A stretch of 63,965 nucleotides of DNA, counting the filler, from an uncultured Myxococcia bacterium (lineage in GTDB: Bacteria; CAZTWC01), in the NCBI GenBank assembly GCA_964617105.1. It is 9 parts of 9 records of this genome, joined end to end, with 100 filler letters (N's around TTAATTAATTAA, not from the genome) between each part and the next. Parts side by side here need not be neighbours in the genome. Positions count along the whole stretch, not along the records: positions 59,829 to 63,965 come from CAZTWC010000319.1; 8 more parts are not named here. One strand, given 5' to 3'. Below the pieces are notes generated by a model. The model saw only the letters and a list, made by a program, of their open reading frames with translations. It did no database searches and was not told the DNA's origin. Positions 61,595-63,965 of the stretch are shown one piece after another. Each line of letters begins with the position of its first letter. The stretch's first letter is position 1. Made by a program: the position numbers and the translations under genes.

Positions 61595-63601
61595 CTACTT
61601 GGTCTCTTTTTCCGCCGCAATCTCTGGTTCTGGACAGGAACCATCCTCAGTCAAGATCCCCCTCTCCAAAAAATCCTGGCTTACAAAATCCAACCCCAAC
61701 TCCTCCAAAGACTCCTGGGTAGGAATACCCTGCTGGTTCCACCCTTTGAATTTGTAATACTCATCCAGGAGTTGGGTCTCGAGTTCGGGAAATCTCCTCC
61801 TCCAATGGTCCTTGGGAGGCTTCTCATCTTTTCTCCGCATCCCTCTTCTGATATTGACGGCCCGGACTAAATTCCGGTTCCTCTTGGCTATTTGAGTCAG
61901 TCCGGCTTCATCGATATCAACCCCAGTGGCTGATGAGATCAGATGGGGTAAATTGTGGATATGGTATGGAGGTTTCAGGGGAAATGACGACAAACCGGCG
62001 CACATGCCAGTGGCGTCATCGATGTAGTGCATCTGTTCTTGCCAATCGACAATTTCACAAGTTGCCTCCAGAGGTGGGTAAAATGGAATCGATTTTTCTC
62101 CCCGCAACTCCCAGTCCACAAAATACTGCTTGAACTTTTCATCGGGGACCTGGATCCAATCTTTGACAAACTCTTCTCTCTCCTCTCTGGTAACAAAAGG
62201 AGCCTGAGGGAAATTCCCCTCGATTTGGGTTATATTTATCTTTTCGCCCGTACTGTACATAAGGAAATATATAGGATTAAGCATCCCTAACTTGAGCGGC
62301 AGTTGCTCGTGTTTTTTGATATTGTTATGGGCATATTCTTCGGCGCCCTTGCCAATCTGTTGGGCCGCCCAGTGGGTGCCATTGGCCAAAACATCTCCTA
62401 TCCCTTCCCGTCTAACAATCCGGTCGAGCAACCAATAAAATCTCTCCTGGTTGTCAGAGGGCATTCCCGACATCTCTTTGTCAGTTAAAATACCGGCTTC
62501 GTAAAGTTCCAGAGCAAAGGCCATAACTTGCGGGGCCGAGAATCCATCTACGCCATACTCGGTTGCATTGCGAGCAATTCGCAAACCAAAATCCAAATCT
62601 GACATGGCGGCCATGGTATAGGTAAGTTTGGAGAAACATTTCATCATATAGGTTGGAAGTCCCGGCACGCTAATGGTTGCCCCGCATTTCATCGGACAGT
62701 TATGACAACTTATCAGCCGGGTCCGGTAACTCTCCATGGTTTCGGTCCACTTTTTGGCGATCTCTTCGGTCCAAAAACCTTTGCGCCTAAGGCGGGAATT
62801 TCCCCAGGCGAAATTTTCAGTGTGCCACTTCTCATCGTGGATAGCCATCTCTTGCGGCGACCCCAAACCAGCCAAAATAGGCATTACTCCCGGGATAGGA
62901 TTTTCATTGCGGTCTTTTATATATTTCAGCACCTGGTTGCAAATATCGATAAATTCAGCCGGTCGGGCAATATGGACATCATTGGTTCCCCGAACCGCAA
63001 TTGCCTTTAAGCCCTTGTCGCCCATAACAGCGCCCATCCCACCCCGGCTGGCGCTGGACCTGCCCTGCTCGATGGAGGCAAAATATACCCGGTTTTCACC
63101 GGCCAGACCAATAGAAGCCACCTGGGCTTTGGGCTCATTCAACTCCTGCCGGATAAGTTGGCTGGTTTCAGTGGCGCCTTTACCTTTTAGATGAGAAGCG
63201 TCACGGATCTCCACTTTGTCGTTGTTGATCCACAGATAAACCAGATCCGGGGATTTACCGCGGATGATAACCTTGTCGTAACCGGCATACTTCAACTCTG
63301 GCGCCCAAAATCCACCCATCATCGAATAAGCCATTAGCAACGTCTGTGGTGAATAGGTGGAAACAATGGTGCGGTTGCAACCAATAGCGGGAGTGCCACA
63401 TAAAAGACCGGTGCTGAATATGAGTAAATTATCAGCAGAAAAGGGATCAGTCTCTGGCGGCACCCGGTCCCACAGTATCTTGGCGGTGGTACCTAAACCA
63501 CCCAGATATTGCTCGGTTAGCCTTGGGTCGGTTGCCTTCCGCTCGATGTTTCCCCTGGTCAGATCAACTTCTAAATTAAACCCTGTTTCAGCGTACCTCA
63601 T
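61595..63601 (-). CDS. bamB: Class II benzoyl-CoA reductase, tungsten-containing catalytic subunit BamB (AOR family)
   Basis: N-terminus MRYAETG..LEVDLT, GSPQEMAIHDEKWHTENF, CHNCPMKC, MMKCF, NITQIEG, DWQEQMHYIDD. These closely match Geobacter BamB as I recall it, including Zn/proton-relay residues and the W-ligand Cys. Confidence 0.9.
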   Translation of the reverse strand: MRYAETGFNLEVDLTRGNIERKATDPRLTEQYLGGLGTTAKILWDRVPPETDPFSADNLLIFSTGLLCGTPAIGCNRTIVSTYSPQTLLMAYSMMGGFWAPELKYAGYDKVIIRGKSPDLVYLWINNDKVEIRDASHLKGKGATETSQLIRQELNEPKAQVASIGLAGENRVYFASIEQGRSSASRGGMGAVMGDKGLKAIAVRGTNDVHIARPAEFIDICNQVLKYIKDRNENPIPGVMPILAGLGSPQEMAIHDEKWHTENFAWGNSRLRRKGFWTEEIAKKWTETMESYRTRLISCHNCPMKCGATISVPGLPTYMMKCFSKLTYTMAAMSDLDFGLRIARNATEYGVDGFSAPQVMAFALELYEAGILTDKEMSGMPSDNQERFYWLLDRIVRREGIGDVLANGTHWAAQQIGKGAEEYAHNNIKKHEQLPLKLGMLNPIYFLMYSTGEKINITQIEGNFPQAPFVTREEREEFVKDWIQVPDEKFKQYFVDWELRGEKSIPFYPPLEATCEIVDWQEQMHYIDDATGMCAGLSSFPLKPPYHIHNLPHLISSATGVDIDEAGLTQIAKRNRNLVRAVNIRRGMRRKDEKPPKDHWRRRFPELETQLLDEYYKFKGWNQQGIPTQESLEELGLDFVSQDFLERGILTEDGSCPEPEIAAEKETK

Positions 63602-63681
63602 TTTTTCCTCATATCAAAGGTGACCAAAATCCATTTTTGGTCAGTATTACATAGGATTGAGCAAAAAGCAAAGGGTAAAAT

Positions 63682-63724
63682 GATGTCCGAGTCATCGACT
63701 GTCCAGCTCTGGCGCAGACTGTCC
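63682..63724. promoter_or_regulatory. Direct repeats upstream of bamB
   Basis: GACTGTCC at 63697 and 63717 (20-bp period) plus a degenerate GATGTCC at 63682. Confidence 0.4.
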
Positions 63725-63965
63725 GTAAAACAATATTGATTGATTGAATAAAAACTAAAATCAACAACTATAGCAGTTCTTAATAGATTTTATCGATGTC
63801 AGTAAAAAGTGTTACCTGGTTAATCGTCGGGGGTCGGCGGCATGTCTACTGATTTTAGGTAAAACCTATTCCAGGCTATAAGGCAAATTTTGTAATTATG
63901 CAAAAAAAGCAGTAATATTTTGGCATAAAAACGGTTAATTGTGCTATGTTGAGTATAATTAACTT

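Noticed and set aside
63921..63945. Sigma54 promoter TTGGCAT...
   Set aside because: No GC at the -12 position, and it is on the wrong strand for bamB.

Overview
This window is a pseudomolecule of nine unrelated ~7.3-7.4 kb contigs in descending size order, joined by 100-nt N linkers carrying TTAATTAATTAA. Gene order across the linkers is meaningless. The content fits an anaerobic deltaproteobacterial (Myxococcota/Bdellovibrionota/Desulfobacterota-like) draft genome. Housekeeping genes include lgt, xseA, serA, purA, CIRCE-groESL, dapF, trmL, nuoABCD', ispDF, rseP and metH. Anaerobic redox modules are an HdrA'-MvhD fusion with hdrC-hdrB, and the class II benzoyl-CoA reductase genes bamB-bamC-bamD. 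Accessory features include two type II TA pairs (one RelE-like toxin with a Cys-rich insert), a Fic/RhuM island, and two proteins ending in an FGE-sulfatase (CLec-fold) domain with DGR-target-like hallmarks. There is also a group II intron 5' remnant with nested IS fragments, and several abrupt gene truncations. The best leads are: a Fic-HTH gene flanked by an upstream structured hairpin and a downstream triple-palindrome array; possible remote DGR targets (no RT or template repeat in the window); a His-less Hpt protein with a CheY-binding-like tail beside a CheY-like receiver; a histidine kinase with a degenerate GGDEF but intact I-site; and bamBCD in this gene background. All calls come from reading the sequence and recalling family motifs. 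No searches were run.
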